DNA of 63,414 nucleotides, filler included, from Octopus bimaculoides (lineage: Eukaryota): the NCBI RefSeq assembly GCF_001194135.2. It is 5 parts of 4 records of this genome, joined end to end, with 100 filler letters (N's around TTAATTAATTAA, not from the genome) between each part and the next. Parts side by side here need not be neighbours in the genome. Positions count along the whole stretch, not along the records: positions 1 to 15,011 come from NC_068981.1; 4 more parts are not named here. One strand, 5' to 3'. Every line of letters starts with the position of its first letter. Position 1 is the stretch's first letter. Positions 1 to 13,030 of this stretch are shown piece by piece. Made by a program: the position numbers and the translations under genes. The notes below the pieces were generated by a model. That model was given only the letters and a program-made list of their open reading frames with translations, ran no database searches and was not told the origin of the DNA.

Positions 1-437
1 CTGTGCATGTGTGTGTGTGTGTGTGTGTGTTGTGTACATGTATGTATGTGTACAAGCGGTTCTGCTGATATTGCCGAACCAAATTTTGTTTTCTACACAA
101 ATCAATGATCTCCTTTCCGGCCTAAAGGATTCGATAGGATGACTAGTTCATACCTTTGTAGAAGACATTCGCTGTCCACAATCTAAAATATTTGCCAATT
201 CGAGAAATAAAGGAGGGAAGAGGGGGCAATTTCCTCTGAACTATAGATGTTTTCTTATATACTTTAGACAACTTGAAGCGCAGTGAACACGTACATAAGC
301 ACACGTTTTACACACATGCAAACATGCCGTCACATCTCTTTAACACACAATAGCATGGTCACTTCTACATACAAAATACACGTATATGATATGATTCATA
401 TTTGGGCAGTTTTGTTTTGTCTTCAATATGTAATATA

Positions 438-441
<4 letters not shown>

Positions 442-492
<51 letters not shown>
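442..492. repeat. (TA)n microsatellite
   Basis: Direct: near-pure TA run. Similar TA runs flank most N gaps. Confidence 0.95.
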
Positions 493-498
<6 letters not shown>

Positions 499-3400
499 GT
501 GTATTTATATAGGTTTTCGATTTATTTTGAAAACAGAGAGTTTCCTGTCAAATTAGGCAAATCCGTTCTTTACATTCACAGATTGAGGGTCTTATAATTC
601 TTTTCCTTTTATATTCTCCGGTCTTGTTTCGACTTGATAAGCCAGTGGTATTCTTTCTTCTTTGGGAAACGGTTCCGGTTGTTGTGTTTGCAGACCTGTG
701 GCAACGATATTCTTTGACAATCATTCGGCCAATAATTATGATATTAGATTCGTTTGTTCATAGTAATCTGTAATGTTGCTGATGTTGTTTTTGCCGTTGA
801 TTTATTTTATTATTACTATTGTTATTATTGTTATTGTTGTTTCTGCTGCTGTTGTTGTCTTTGTTGTTGTTGCCTTTTGTTGTTGTTACTACTATTTGTA
901 ATTTATTGATTGATTTACATTTTTGCATTTTTTTATATCTAATATTTTATTCTGTGATTCGTTCTTAAAGGGAAAATAAGTACAACGGTTGACCAACTTA
1001 ATCTATGAAGAACTTAAAGAACAGAGATATATGTAGAAGAGATTTTTATTGCGGTATTTAAAGAATTTTTTGTCAGGATATATGCTTTTTAAATTACAAA
1101 TTATTTTAAACACTTTCCAATCTTCCAAGTTTTTCGTCTTTGCCACATTTGTATGTCGTTTCATATATTGTCCAGAAGAAATATTTTTGCTTCGCTTCAC
1201 TTGTTTGCGGGTTAACGCATTGAAATAAATCTCACACATAAACACATTCATAAACGCACACATGCGCGTTCAGATATAGGCACACACGACAAGCCTGTAG
1301 CACTCAAAAGTTTATGTAAAAGTTTCACTATCACGCTTGAAAATTATCGTCACTTTTCACTTTTGTGACATATTTAAGTGTTTCTCTGCATCGTTATATA
1401 CTAGTAAAGAACTAAAGAAATACAGGCATGTTTTCCATTACTGTCTCCATCCTCTTTGCTTTTCGCCCTCTGCCCTCACTAACTTTCCTTTTCCAAAACT
1501 TCTTCATTTGGGAAATGTTAACATATTAACAATATTAAATGTATGTTAACTAATTCATCACAATCTTGAAATTTTTTTGAGGAAAACTATAATTAAAAGT
1601 ATCCCAGATATGCTTACTTCGTCGTTTTAGGGATATACTGGACTGGACTGCATAATTTTATACGCCCTTGTATTAGATGGTGAAATGTGGTTAAAGAGAT
1701 ATATGGCTGTTATGTTTACTAGGCGGTACAATGACTTAAATACTTTGTTTTTAACTTGGTCTTGAACAAGACAAGAGATAGGAAGTGATGTTAAATTTTA
1801 CGATGTTAAATCAGTTCAATTTTCCATTATCAAAACAGAGTGTTTTTTGGTGTTTTGCAAGAAAAAGTTAGGTGGAGGAATTTGCTTAAGCCATATCAAA
1901 GGATAAAGTGGAAACGTAAAATATGCAGGAGAAAAATTTGAATTCAATAATCTATATTTCCGTAACCAGGTCTTCATTCTATAGTATACGATTAAAGAAA
2001 TAGTGAAAATTTCAAGCAAATGAATAACTAAATAAATTAATATGAAAGACAGTGTTTCGTTGTATCTGGTAATGGAATTCTCGAAGTGCAGCGGTAGATG
2101 GTAAAATTGGTAAAAACTCGGAAAAGGTTCTTAGTCTTTTAGATTTATATACAGTTTTGAATTAAAACATCTTCACTGTAAATTTTGCCTACAAATTTCC
2201 TCTGGGTTCCACAGCAATAATTACTGGGTACAATGCGTTTGGTTCGGCTACACCCTTCTGCCACAAAATGAATGGCATTTTACACGGGAAAGAAATCAGA
2301 TACCAGTACTAGAATGTTATTTCTCTTATTATAATTCATACACAATGTATGTTACATTACAGACAGAGGTCAGATTCAACAACGGAATATGCATTTCGCA
2401 TTATTGCCGTTTAACGTGATAAAAGTCCCGATACGAGAAACTTGCAGTCAAGTTATTCCAGCTATGGCGATTCAAACACTCATTCTCGTACGTTGGGCGA
2501 CCGCGTACAGTTTCTGTCATTGGCTTAATGCATTTCATCTTTACAAAATAGGAAGATATGAATGCCTTTGTCAACTGGATCTTTTTCTCACTTACTTTCG
2601 GGAACGTTATACATATCTTTATAGATTATTCATAGAAATCTTGCAATTACTAGATTTTTTCAGTAAAAGTTAATACTTACAAGTGATGTTTTCTGTTAAA
2701 GCTGTGAATACATGTCATAAATGTCAGCATATTTTCTTATAACTACCTCTACAGAGCTTTTGGTGTCGGACATACCGGTGCATTGAAAAACAGAATTCAG
2801 CGCTAGAATTGAAAATACAAGGAAGAAAATTAAAATGACGTTGTACATTAGTTAAATTGCCATATGACATATCACAATATGCAATGATACTCATATTCAT
2901 GCCGTTTTACTGTGAAATTGAACCACATGAGGTCCTTCTATAAATGCTAGTCATTACAAGTAATAACATAATTATACGGCTACACTGAAATCCGTTGTCC
3001 AGATTACAACGGATCCAAGAAATTTTGAAAATAGAAAATAAAATCCCACAACAAAATATTGTCTAGCATAATGAAAAATTTCCGACATTGAGGAAGGGAT
3101 TTAGTAGGTAACATTAATGTTTGCTTGTTATTCAGTTTTATCGACATCAGAAGATTGAAAGCAAACGTGACCTCACGAGATTTGAACTCAGTACGTGGAT
3201 AGAATGCTGGAATAAATATCACTATTATTTGTCTAGCAATCATGCTAAAAATTTGCACTGTAGTAAGCACAATAATTGTAGTGGGTAATATTTCTGAGTG
3301 CAGGATTGCGAAAGATATAAAAGGAAGGAAAGGGTTGAGAAGAGCGGAACAGAGAGCAAGAGAATGCAAGACAAATGAGGTTAAGTTAGAGGTTCTCAAT

Positions 3401-4874
3401 AAACACAAAAATAACGAAATAGCAATTGAATGAAAGTACAATGTAAACGTAGAGTCTTTAAATTTAAAATCGAAGAAATTGCTTCATTTTACGTAGTTTG
3501 GAAAGTCATAAATATTAATGAATTGAACAAAAAAACAAAACAAATATTAATCCGTGCATAATAAATTTGATTTAAACCATTCCGCAAATATATACGTCTA
3601 TATTTTGACATTGATATGAAAAACTAGTCAAGCGAAGGAATAATCAGCTTTGATAGGTTGACGTATACAGATATACCCGAGCGCATTCAGGTTGATGTGT
3701 GTGTGTGTGCGTATATGTATGCGTCTGTGTGAGTGTGAGCGCGCGTGTCTATGTGTGTGCTTTTAATGGACGAGCGTATGTGTGTGTTTGTGTGTAAATA
3801 CATGTGTATATATATTCATGTATACACTCAGACACACACACAACACACACACTCACGCACACATATATGCATATGTGTTTGTATGTATGATGTGAATGTG
3901 CGTGTTTGTGTGTATTTATGAGTGCCCACATACATGAGAGAAAATATAGCAAACGATATGGCAGGATTGGGACCTTACACAAGATGAGGAAGATGATAAA
4001 CAACAGATAAACAACAACATTATATGTGTATGTGGGTGCGAGTCTATGTATATATGTGTGCATATTTGTGCTGTTTATGTAATATGAACACATTTACTTG
4101 ATATTGCTAAAATGTATTATAGCCGTTAATTCTATATATTTTTAGAATTGTAAACTGTATCCTTACCACCTCCTTAAACTAATTCTACCTATACTGAATG
4201 GGTATGAAACTCAGAAGGGAATCACAGTTAAAACAATATTGTTCTGTTTTTACTTCGGTTGCAAATTCAGACTTGGATGTACTAATGGTCATTCGGATAG
4301 GCGTGTGAACTTTACATATCAGTAAATAATATATTCCTTCACGCACTTCAAAATGTGGAACTTTGAAAACTTCAATGTTATTGGTCATTAGTCCGGTCTA
4401 ACAAGCTACAATAGGAAATCAGAAATATTTGGGTGAGTTTCGAACCTCAGAACATGAAGACGAAACTAAATATCGTAAATATTTTACTTGCATGCATTAT
4501 TGTTGCAACTACTGCCATCACGCCCATTTTCAGCATTAATATTAATAATATCATTGTTCATGCATATTCATAGGCATATTCTATATATCTGACTATAATT
4601 CTATCATATATTCACTTTAGGCCACTTGTGTCAAATGGAAATTTCTATATACTTACAAATTTTGTATTCTATTTGATTTGATTTTTGCAGTTTCTTTTAG
4701 TTTGTCGATACTCAGAACTATGTCCCCATTTTCAATGTCTTATTTTTATTTTTATTTCATTTTAATTTGCAAATGTATCAACAGAAATGTAGTGTCTCAC
4801 ACACACGCACACAGAGAAGGACATACACACATACACATTCTTGAATATAAACGTATGCAGGAACGTATGTATGC

Positions 4875-4948
<74 letters not shown>
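4875..4948. repeat. (TATC)n microsatellite abutting a gap
   Basis: Direct: tandem ATCT units. Confidence 0.95.
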
Positions 4949-5512
4949 ATATACATATATNNNNNNNNNNNNNNNNNNNNNNNNNNNNNNNNNNNNNNNN
5001 NNNNNNNNNNNNNNNNNNNNNNNNNNNNNNNNNNNNNNNNNNNNNNNNNNNNNNNNNNNNNNNNNNNNNNNNNNNNNNNNNNNNNNNNNNNNNNNNNNNN
5101 NNNNNNNNNNNNNNNNNNNNNNNNNNNNNNNNNNNNNNNNNNNNNNNNNNNNNNNNNNNNNNNNNNNNNNNNNNNNNNNNNNNNNNNNNNNNNNNNNNNN
5201 NNNNNNNNNNNNNNNNNNNNNNNNNNNNNNNNNNNNNNNNNNNNNNNNNNNNNNNNNNNNNNNNNNNNNNNNNNNNNNNNNNNNNNNNNNNNNNNNNNNN
5301 NNNNNNNNNNNNNNNNNNNNNGGACTAATAAGTATATGTCGATTAGTGTGTTAACGTGTTGAGTAAAGCACTGGCACAGTTTGGGCTACCTAGTGTCATC
5401 CACAGTCGGAGTATATTTCCGTTGGATCTAATTCAGGAACACTGTAGTGTTAGTTGAGATAATGATAATTGATTAAGTAACCAGAAGATGGATTTGGTAT
5501 TAATCTTTATTT

Positions 5513-5618
5513 TGTACAATGGTTATTTCGATCCATCCTGCTACTGTCCCGTATGGGTGGAACTCTGTTTAACATGTTGTGTTGCATCTATTCTGCAGTC
5601 TGAGTCTCATCAGGTACA
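5513..5618 (-). ncRNA. Type I hammerhead ribozyme-like motif (left arm copy)
   Basis: Minus strand: TGTAC-CTGATGA-GACTCA...TGGATC-GAAA-T-AACC-A-TT-GTACA. Conserved CUGAUGA and GAAA boxes, stem I TGTAC/GTACA, stem II with one mismatch, minimal stem III. Confidence 0.5.
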
Positions 5619-5801
5619 TCCATACATAAAGGTCTGTCCTGCTGAAGATCCTGAGTTCTGGCTGTCATGTTAGGGAATGAAACATTGGTTAGGGAATGAA
5701 ACATTGCTACAATTTTCAATTATTGCCTAACCAGACTGGCATATTGCAACATGGCAGCCTAAAGCTCAGGATATTTAGCGAGACACAACTTTATATATGG
5801 A

Positions 5802-5902
5802 TGTACCTGATGAAACTCAGACTGAAAATTAGATGCAACGCATGTTGAATGGAGTCCCACCCGTAAGGGGCAGTAGCAGAATGGGTCGAAACGACCTGTA
5901 CA
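5802..5902 (+). ncRNA. Type I hammerhead ribozyme-like motif (right arm copy)
   Basis: TGTAC-CTGATGA(5807-5813)-AACTCA...TGGGTC-GAAA(5888-5891)-CGACCT-GTACA. Stems I and II pair, but the cleavage triplet is degenerate. Confidence 0.45.
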
Positions 5903-6366
5903 AGATAAAGATTAATACTAAATCAATTTTCTGGTTACTTGATCAATTATCATTTTATACACACACACAAACACACACACATACATACACGCGCGAACGC
6001 ACACGCGCGCACGCACACGCGCACACACGCACACACGCACACACGCACAAACATTAATGTGCATTTATGAAACATGTTGTGTATCCCTGAAAACTGCTGA
6101 AATATTGTCAGGGATCGTTTATGGGTGTAAACCCCGGTACCTGAGCATATTTCGGCTCGTCTGCTAATATTCTTTCTATAAAAGCAATTTTTAGAACAGC
6201 AGTCAAAAAAAGATAGTTTGCGATATAGCCCCACATCCCTTATAACGTACATTTTCGTAAATCAACGAATATGAAACCAGTTAAGTATACAATCACGCGC
6301 ACAGATACAAACACGAAGAGACATACATACGCACACACGCGCGCGCACACGCACAAACATACATAG

Positions 6367-6406
<40 letters not shown>

Positions 6407-6791
6407 GTGTTTGTGTGTGTGTACGTGTATCATGAAGTATTGTCTCATATTTATAAATGTTTTTTGATTGTATATTAATAAAATCCAAACAAATCCAAGT
6501 TATGAAAATAATGCTAGTTAAGAGTATTACCAGATACTTCACTATTACGGAGTCAGGACCCCTTCTGGAAATATATCAAGCAATCAGTGGATACCAGCTT
6601 TTGTCCACAAGTTTGTTTTTTTTTGACAGTGGGCCTAAACCAGATATAAGGAAATATCTGATAATAACATCAACCAGTTTTATATGCATAACGTGCCGGC
6701 ATTGCTTTGGCTTTTAAAGCAAAAGAATCAAAAATAGTCACAGGTGCATATACATATATATCCTTGTGTGTGTATATATATATATATACAT

Positions 6792-6824
<33 letters not shown>

Positions 6825-9082
6825 NNNNNNNNNNNNNNNNNNNNNNNNNNNNNNNNNNNNNNNNNNNNNNNNNNNNNNNNNNNNNNNNNNNNNNNNNNNN
6901 NNNNNNNNNNNNNNNNNNNNNNNNNNNNNNNNNNNNNNNNNNNNNNNNNNNNNNNNNNNNNNNNNNNNNNNNNNNNNNNNNNNNNNNNNNNNNNNNNNNN
7001 NNNNNNNNNNNNNNNNNNNNNNNNNNNNNNNNNNNNNNNNNNNNNNNNNNNNNNNNNNNNNNNNNNNNNNNNNNNNNNNNNNNNNNNNNNNNNNNNNNNN
7101 NNNNNNNNNNNNNNNNNNNNNNNNNNNNNNNNNNNNNNNNNNNNNNNNNNNNNNNNNNNNNNNNNNNNNNNNNNNNNNNNNNNNNNNNNNNNNNNNNNNN
7201 NNNNNNNNNNNNNNNNNNNNNNNNNNNNNNNNNNNNNNNNNNNNNNNNNNNNNNNNNNNNNNNNNNNNNNNNNNNNNNNNNNNNNNNNNNNNNNNNNNNN
7301 NNNNNNNNNNNNNNNNNNNNNNNNNNNNNNNNNNNNNNNNNNNNNNNNNNNNNNNNNNNNNNNNNNNNNNNNNNNNNNNNNNNNNNNNNNNNNNNNNNNN
7401 NNNNNNNNNNNNNNNNNNNNNNNNNNNNNNNNNNNNNNNNNNNNNNNNNNNNNNNNNNNNNNNNNNNNNNNNNNNNNNNNNNNNNNNNNNNNNNNNNNNN
7501 NNNNNNNNNNNNNNNNNNNNNNNNNNNNNNNNNNNNNNNNNNNNNNNNNNNNNNNNNNNNNNNNNNNNNNNNNNNNNNNNNNNNNNNNNNNNNNNNNNNN
7601 TATATAAATATATGCATATATCCCTACATATATGTACATACCTACATATATATGTATACATACATGCAAATATGGGTACAGGATATCACAAAAACGTTAA
7701 ACACAATGAGAAACGAAAACAGAAAACGAACTTTTTTTTGAACAACGAAAAAAAAAACATCAAGAATATTTCCCTTCATCAGTTGTCCCTTCTTCACATG
7801 CACACAGCGCTTTTCTGAATAAATGCCTAAGTAATCATCTAGATAAGTTAAGGTTTTCAGATAAGGAAATCAACCACCGAAATCGTACATTTCAAATACA
7901 ATCGGTAAATTGAACAGGAATAATATGCAAGACTTTTCTCAAATTTAAAATGTGATGTTCTTTTTGTTATCTACATTTCAATGACCGAAGTTTGTTTCTC
8001 TGTTAGAGACCAGATCCATTCTCAGAAGAACAATTGAAATAATTGAAACCGGAAGAGAATATAAATGCTTCTCTCCATCGATACGTACATAGGGATTGAT
8101 ATAGATGTATAATGCGTGATATATATATATATATATATATACGGTTAAACCTTGGGAGAGGCACTATGCCGGTAATAAACGCACGCACTGGTTCAGTCCG
8201 TTATCAATTTATAAACAGTATTTACATTCAAAATAAATGGAAGTGGAGAGACAAGTTACTGAAGAGATTNNNNNNNNNNACACACGAAATAATTTAGTTT
8301 ATCGTTTTTCGTTTTTTTTTGTTTTTTTTGTTAAATCATTTCATTGCACTCTTGCAATCTCTTCAATAACTTGTCTCTCCACTTCCATTTGTTTTATTTT
8401 GATGTATGATTTAGTGTTGTTTTGAAATTGTCCGGTATGAGCATGTGAGTGTGTGCACGTTCGTATGTGTGGACGCTCGTATGTGTGCACTCACGTATGT
8501 GTTCGTTCTTATATGTAAGTATGTGCGTTCATATGTGTGTTTGTTAGATTTCATTCATATCAGATAGGTTAGAGACTTTGGACTTGGTTTTGGTTTCCTT
8601 TCTGTTATTTTCTGTTTTCTTCGTAAATGCATCTTTTTTTTTTATTTATGCTCACGTTCTGTATTTTATATGTGAACAACGTCTGCATCCATGGGTAATT
8701 GTAAGGATTTTATCTACGTGTACTTGTTATTCAAAATTGGTCGTGTTTCCGTTACGAGGACTGACTCTTGTATTTGCTGTAACGATGCGTCATTAGGGTG
8801 TCTAGACAGGATTTCTATGCTAATCAGGTCCGGTACACCACCATGTTGTTCTTTTGCATCTTGTTATGTTTTGACGGTGCAACGTACAAATTGGTGTTTA
8901 CTTTGTAAAAACAGATACCCCTTGAATATTACGTACGACTATCATCCACTTTTCCTCTTTTTACCCTCTTTTCCTTCCTTCTCGTTCCCTCTCTGTCTCT
9001 CCTTTTCTTCCTTTCTATCTCTGTCTCTCTAACTCTCTCGTGCTCGCATTTCTTCCTTAATCCTTCCTCCTCTGTCTCTCCA

Positions 9083-9420
9083 TACCTATGGAGTAAAGTA
9101 CAGAAATTCTCCCTCAATACTAACGTGCGAGCTTCATTATATGGGGGTCAATGTGCGAAAAAGTTTTCAACCTGTCTCCTCCAATTAGGAAATGGGAAAG
9201 TACCATTTGACGGGAATTGTGATATCTGTTTGGCTCATATTTCTATCATGGGGAATTCCCCAGCTGAAGTGAAGAACAGGGTCTTTCTTGATGCTCCTGG
9301 TGACACAGGTAAAACATTTAGAACATTGCTTCTCTACAAAGTAAGGGAAAAAAAAAAATTGCAGTTGCTGTACCATTGTCTGGCTTCACTGTCACCATTC
9401 TCCCAGGATGACGAACAGCT
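9083..9420 (+). mobile_element. Helitron Rep/Hel (PIF1-family helicase) pseudogene fragment, rearranged
   Basis: Translates to YLWSKVQKFSLNTNVRA...FSTCLLQLGNGKVP... (Helitron LW..V..L.TNMR / LL.IGNG block), then VFLDAPGDTGKTF (Walker A). After a frameshift in an A run it reads IAVAVPLSGFTVTILPG*RTA (cf. IALAVASSGIAATLLPGGRTAH). Confidence 0.85.
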
Positions 9421-9609
9421 GTCACAATTGAATTCAGAACTGATTTCCCAACAAAAGAATAAAGTGTATCCCAATTGAAGAATACATTGATTTTAGAATA
9501 ATAAATTTCTATACAACATATTTTGCTTTTTTCTCCTAACATGTAAGGAAAAATTTAATTCTGAGGCAACACCGGTTGCCTCTGCTAGTATATATATAAA
9601 TATATATAT

Positions 9610-10204
9610 AAGCAATAATAAATCCATGAACGAGGTATAAACAGTAGCTGCACGACATCGTGAAGTATATTTGCCACTTAAATGTAGCTAACCCTTAAGG
9701 GTGGATGCTACTGTAGTTTGTATCCCCAGGAGGACACCTCCTCCAGCTGCCTATTGACACACTTTCTGTGACCTATCAGTATTTGCAAAGGGAAGTCATC
9801 CTTCCCATCTTCAACCTGACGTGATACACACGGATTCGAGTTTCTGGCTATTAACCCGTCATCAGCGAGTGACAATCACCGGTTGTCGATGTGAAGTGGT
9901 TCCCAATGCAAATATATATATCCTTTTTCCTGTGACGAAAAGTCACTCATCTCGAAAAAGTGTAAACAAGCAATAATAAATCTCTGAACGAGGTATAGAC
10001 AGTAGCTGCACGACATCGTGAAGTATATTTGCCACTTAAATGTGGCTAACCCTTAAGGGTGGATGCTACTGTAGCTTGTATCCCTAGGAGGACAACTCTT
10101 TCAGCTGGGTTTTGACACACTTTCTGTGCCCTATCAGTATTTGCAAAGGGAAGCCATCCTTCTCATTTTCAACCTGACGTGATACACACAGACCCGAGTT
10201 TCTG
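9610..10204 (-). mobile_element. 237-bp direct repeat pair (9610-9846, 9968-10204; period 358 bp), Penelope-like pLTR or retrozyme-like
   Basis: The two copies align without gaps, about 20 substitutions by hand count. A hammerhead core spans the junction of copy 1 and the spacer on the minus strand. Confidence 0.7.
9827..9871 (-). ncRNA. Minimal type I hammerhead ribozyme-like motif
   Basis: Minus strand: CACTCG-CTGATGA-CGGGTTAATAGCCA-GAAA-C-TCGA-ATC-CGTGTG. Stem I pairs 5/6. The second copy reads GAAAC-TCGG-GTC, so the consensus is GAAAC-TCGA-GTC (palindromic loop III, GUC site). Confidence 0.6.
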
Positions 10205-10819
10205 TACACAGAGTTCATGAAGTCAGATAAGGTGAGACTGATTCGTTCAAGCAGCAACATGTCACTAACATCCCGTGTATATTTTACTAACACCACAATG
10301 TAGGTATAATTATCTTAATGCAAACGACGTTCTACAACAATAATATACTTAGCGATTTATGTGCACACGCGCGCACACACACACATACACACACACATTA
10401 GGTCAAAGTATAGGTGTGGGGTTATGTGGGTATATGTGAGTATGTGTTTCTATGCAAAACATTAATTCTGCACTGGCGTCCCGCTCTGTTTCAGGATAAG
10501 AAGTCTGTAGCATTGTGCGTGTTGTTTGTCCATTTCGTAGTTGTTTCTATTTACTAAATGCTTGTATATATCTTTGTTTTCTATCTGTCTATGAATTACT
10601 ACGCACGCACATACACATGCATTCACATTACACGCACATAGAAATACATATAAGCACATATACTTACATATAAAAAGTATTTCTCAGTAAAGTGTAACAC
10701 GTCATATATACTGGAGGCAGTTACATTGCTAAAATGAAGATATGCAAAAGCTCTCAGATACTCGCAGCTTCATTCACACGTACACATGCTTACACTATGT
10801 ATTGATATATGAACCTTAA

Positions 10820-10850
<31 letters not shown>

Positions 10851-11157
10851 NNNNNNNNNNNNNNNNNNNNNNNNNNNNNNNNNNNNNNNNNNNNNNNNNN
10901 NNNNNNNNNNNNNNNNNNNNNNNNNNNNNNNNNNNNNNNNNNNNNNNNNNNNNNNNNNNNNNNNNNNNNNNNNNNNNNNNNNNNNNNNNNNNNNNNNNNN
11001 NNNNNNNNNNNNNNNNNNNNNNNNNNNNNNNNNNNNNNNNNNNNNNNNNNNNNNNNNNNNNNNNNNNNNNNNNNNNNNNNNNNNNNNNNNNNNNNNNNNN
11101 NNNNNNNNNNNNNNNNNNNNNNNNNNNNNNNNNNNNNNNNNNNNNNNNNNNNNNNNN

Positions 11158-11196
<39 letters not shown>

Positions 11197-11754
11197 CTCA
11201 CATATAAGTGCTGATATATGTTTAATATATACTTATGTATGTCATATAAAAACGAACGAAAGTATAAACACGTGTTCAAGTATTTGTACATGTATATATA
11301 TATATATGAATATATACATAAATACATACATATGCACATACAAATATATGTGTTTGTGTGTGTGCGTGAGTGTGTGTGTCTGTGTTCGTGTCTGTGTTTG
11401 TGTGTGTATGTGTGTATGTATGTGTTCTCATACAGTTTTACTTACGAGTGTGTGGATATGCGTAAGTATGTATGAATATATAAGTGCACACACTTCTATG
11501 GATTCAAATCTGCTCAAAGCTTCCAAAATTTGTTTGTTACTAAACAATACACAACATAGTTGCACTACCCTACGTGTTTTTTCTCTTATTCTCTCCACTT
11601 GTTTCTCCTGTTTTCTCTTGCTTCTTATTAACCTCTATCCTACTGGCTTCTTTTCGTTACCATATTAGCTATTATGACCCATGGCAATGCCACTTCATTC
11701 TTTACTGTATAGCACAGTAATGTTGATAGGCTTGGCAGTTCCGGTCCATATACT

Positions 11755-11850
11755 TGTTGTTGTTATTGTAGTAATTGCCGCTGCTGTTGTTGTTGTTGTT
11801 GTTGTTATTGCTGTTGTTGTTGTTATGGTCGTGGTGGTAGTGGCGGTTTG
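11755..11850. repeat. (GTT)n/(GGT)n trinucleotide array
   Basis: Direct; the source of a poly-Val pseudo-ORF. Confidence 0.9.
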
Positions 11851-12149
11851 TTATGTTGTTCTTGTCATCCCCGACAACACTCTTATCAGTTTAGTATTCC
11901 AGAAAAGCTCTTCCTCTCTTTTTTCCATCGCTCTCTCTCTAGTTTTCTTTCGCTTACACGCTAACACACTTATGTAAATTTATGCATATACATACACATA
12001 TATAAGCTAGCGCAACTCACACTTATATATGCCTCACAGTGTCACTCACGCTATATATGTATATATATATATGTATACCAACACGCATACGCACAAATAT
12101 ATGTAATATATATACATATACATATATATATGTGTGCATATATATATAT

Positions 12150-12200
<51 letters not shown>

Positions 12201-12736
12201 NNNNNNNNNNNNNNNNNNNNNNNNNNNNNNNNNNNNNNNNNNNNNNNNNNNNNNNNNNNNNNNNNNNNNNNNNNNNNNNNNNNNNNNNNNNNNNNNNNNN
12301 NNNNNNNNNNNNNNNNNNNNNNNNNNNNNNNNNNNNNNNNNNNNNNNNNNNNNNNNNNNNNNNNNNNNNNNNNNNNNNNNNNNNNNNNNNNNNNNNNNNN
12401 NNNNNNNNNNNNNNNNNNNNNNNNNNNNNNNNNNNNNNNNNNNNNNNNNNNNNNNNNNNNNNNNNNNNNACAAACGCGAATGCAATATGCCGTTAGGAAG
12501 ATGTAGACACTAATGTTTGATTAATAATGCTCTAAGATATGATTCTGGAAATATATGAAATAATTCAATGATGTATGTTCAGGCGACAAGAAAAAAATAA
12601 TTTGTCGAAAGTTGCAGGGATAAAAGTACAAAAATATAATTGAGATATTCATGTGAGTAAATGATTTGACTTCGAAAATAGCCTAAAATTCTAACTTAAT
12701 AACAGTCATACAAAGGAGTAATGTAGTAAAACGCAC

Positions 12737-12737
12737 A

Positions 12738-12776
<39 letters not shown>

Positions 12777-12975
12777 ACACACATACACACACACATATAT
12801 ATGTGTGTGTGTGTATATATAAAACTACTTCCTATAAATAAAGTTATGATAGAGAAAGAAGAAAAGAAATCAGTGTGTTCAAATCAATTCGTATACGTAT
12901 ACGAATATGTATATGTGTGTGTGTGTGTGAGTGTGTGTGTGTGTGTGTGAGTGTGTGTGTGTGTGTGCTTGTGTG

Positions 12976-13022
<47 letters not shown>

Positions 13023-13030
13023 CTGTGTGT
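12737..13030. repeat. (CA)n array followed by (TG)n array
   Basis: Direct. Confidence 0.9.

Larger units (their letters stand above)
5461..5954. mobile_element. Long imperfect inverted repeat (~210-bp arms), Penelope-like terminal-repeat type
   Basis: 5461-~5670 is the reverse complement of ~5746-5954 (e.g. aatgataattgattaagtaaccagaa vs ttctggttacttgatcaattatcatt). The spacer holds a 19-bp tandem duplication (gttagggaatgaaacattg x2, 5669-5706). Each arm carries a hammerhead core. The PLE assignment is inference. Confidence 0.7.

Noticed and set aside
60-180. CR1-like RT scrap (QINDLLS...VHTFVED)
   Set aside because: Too short and degenerate to call.
2364-2414. FN3-like peptide TEYAFRIIAV
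   Set aside because: Immediate stop, no good donor and no other FN3 strands; likely chance.
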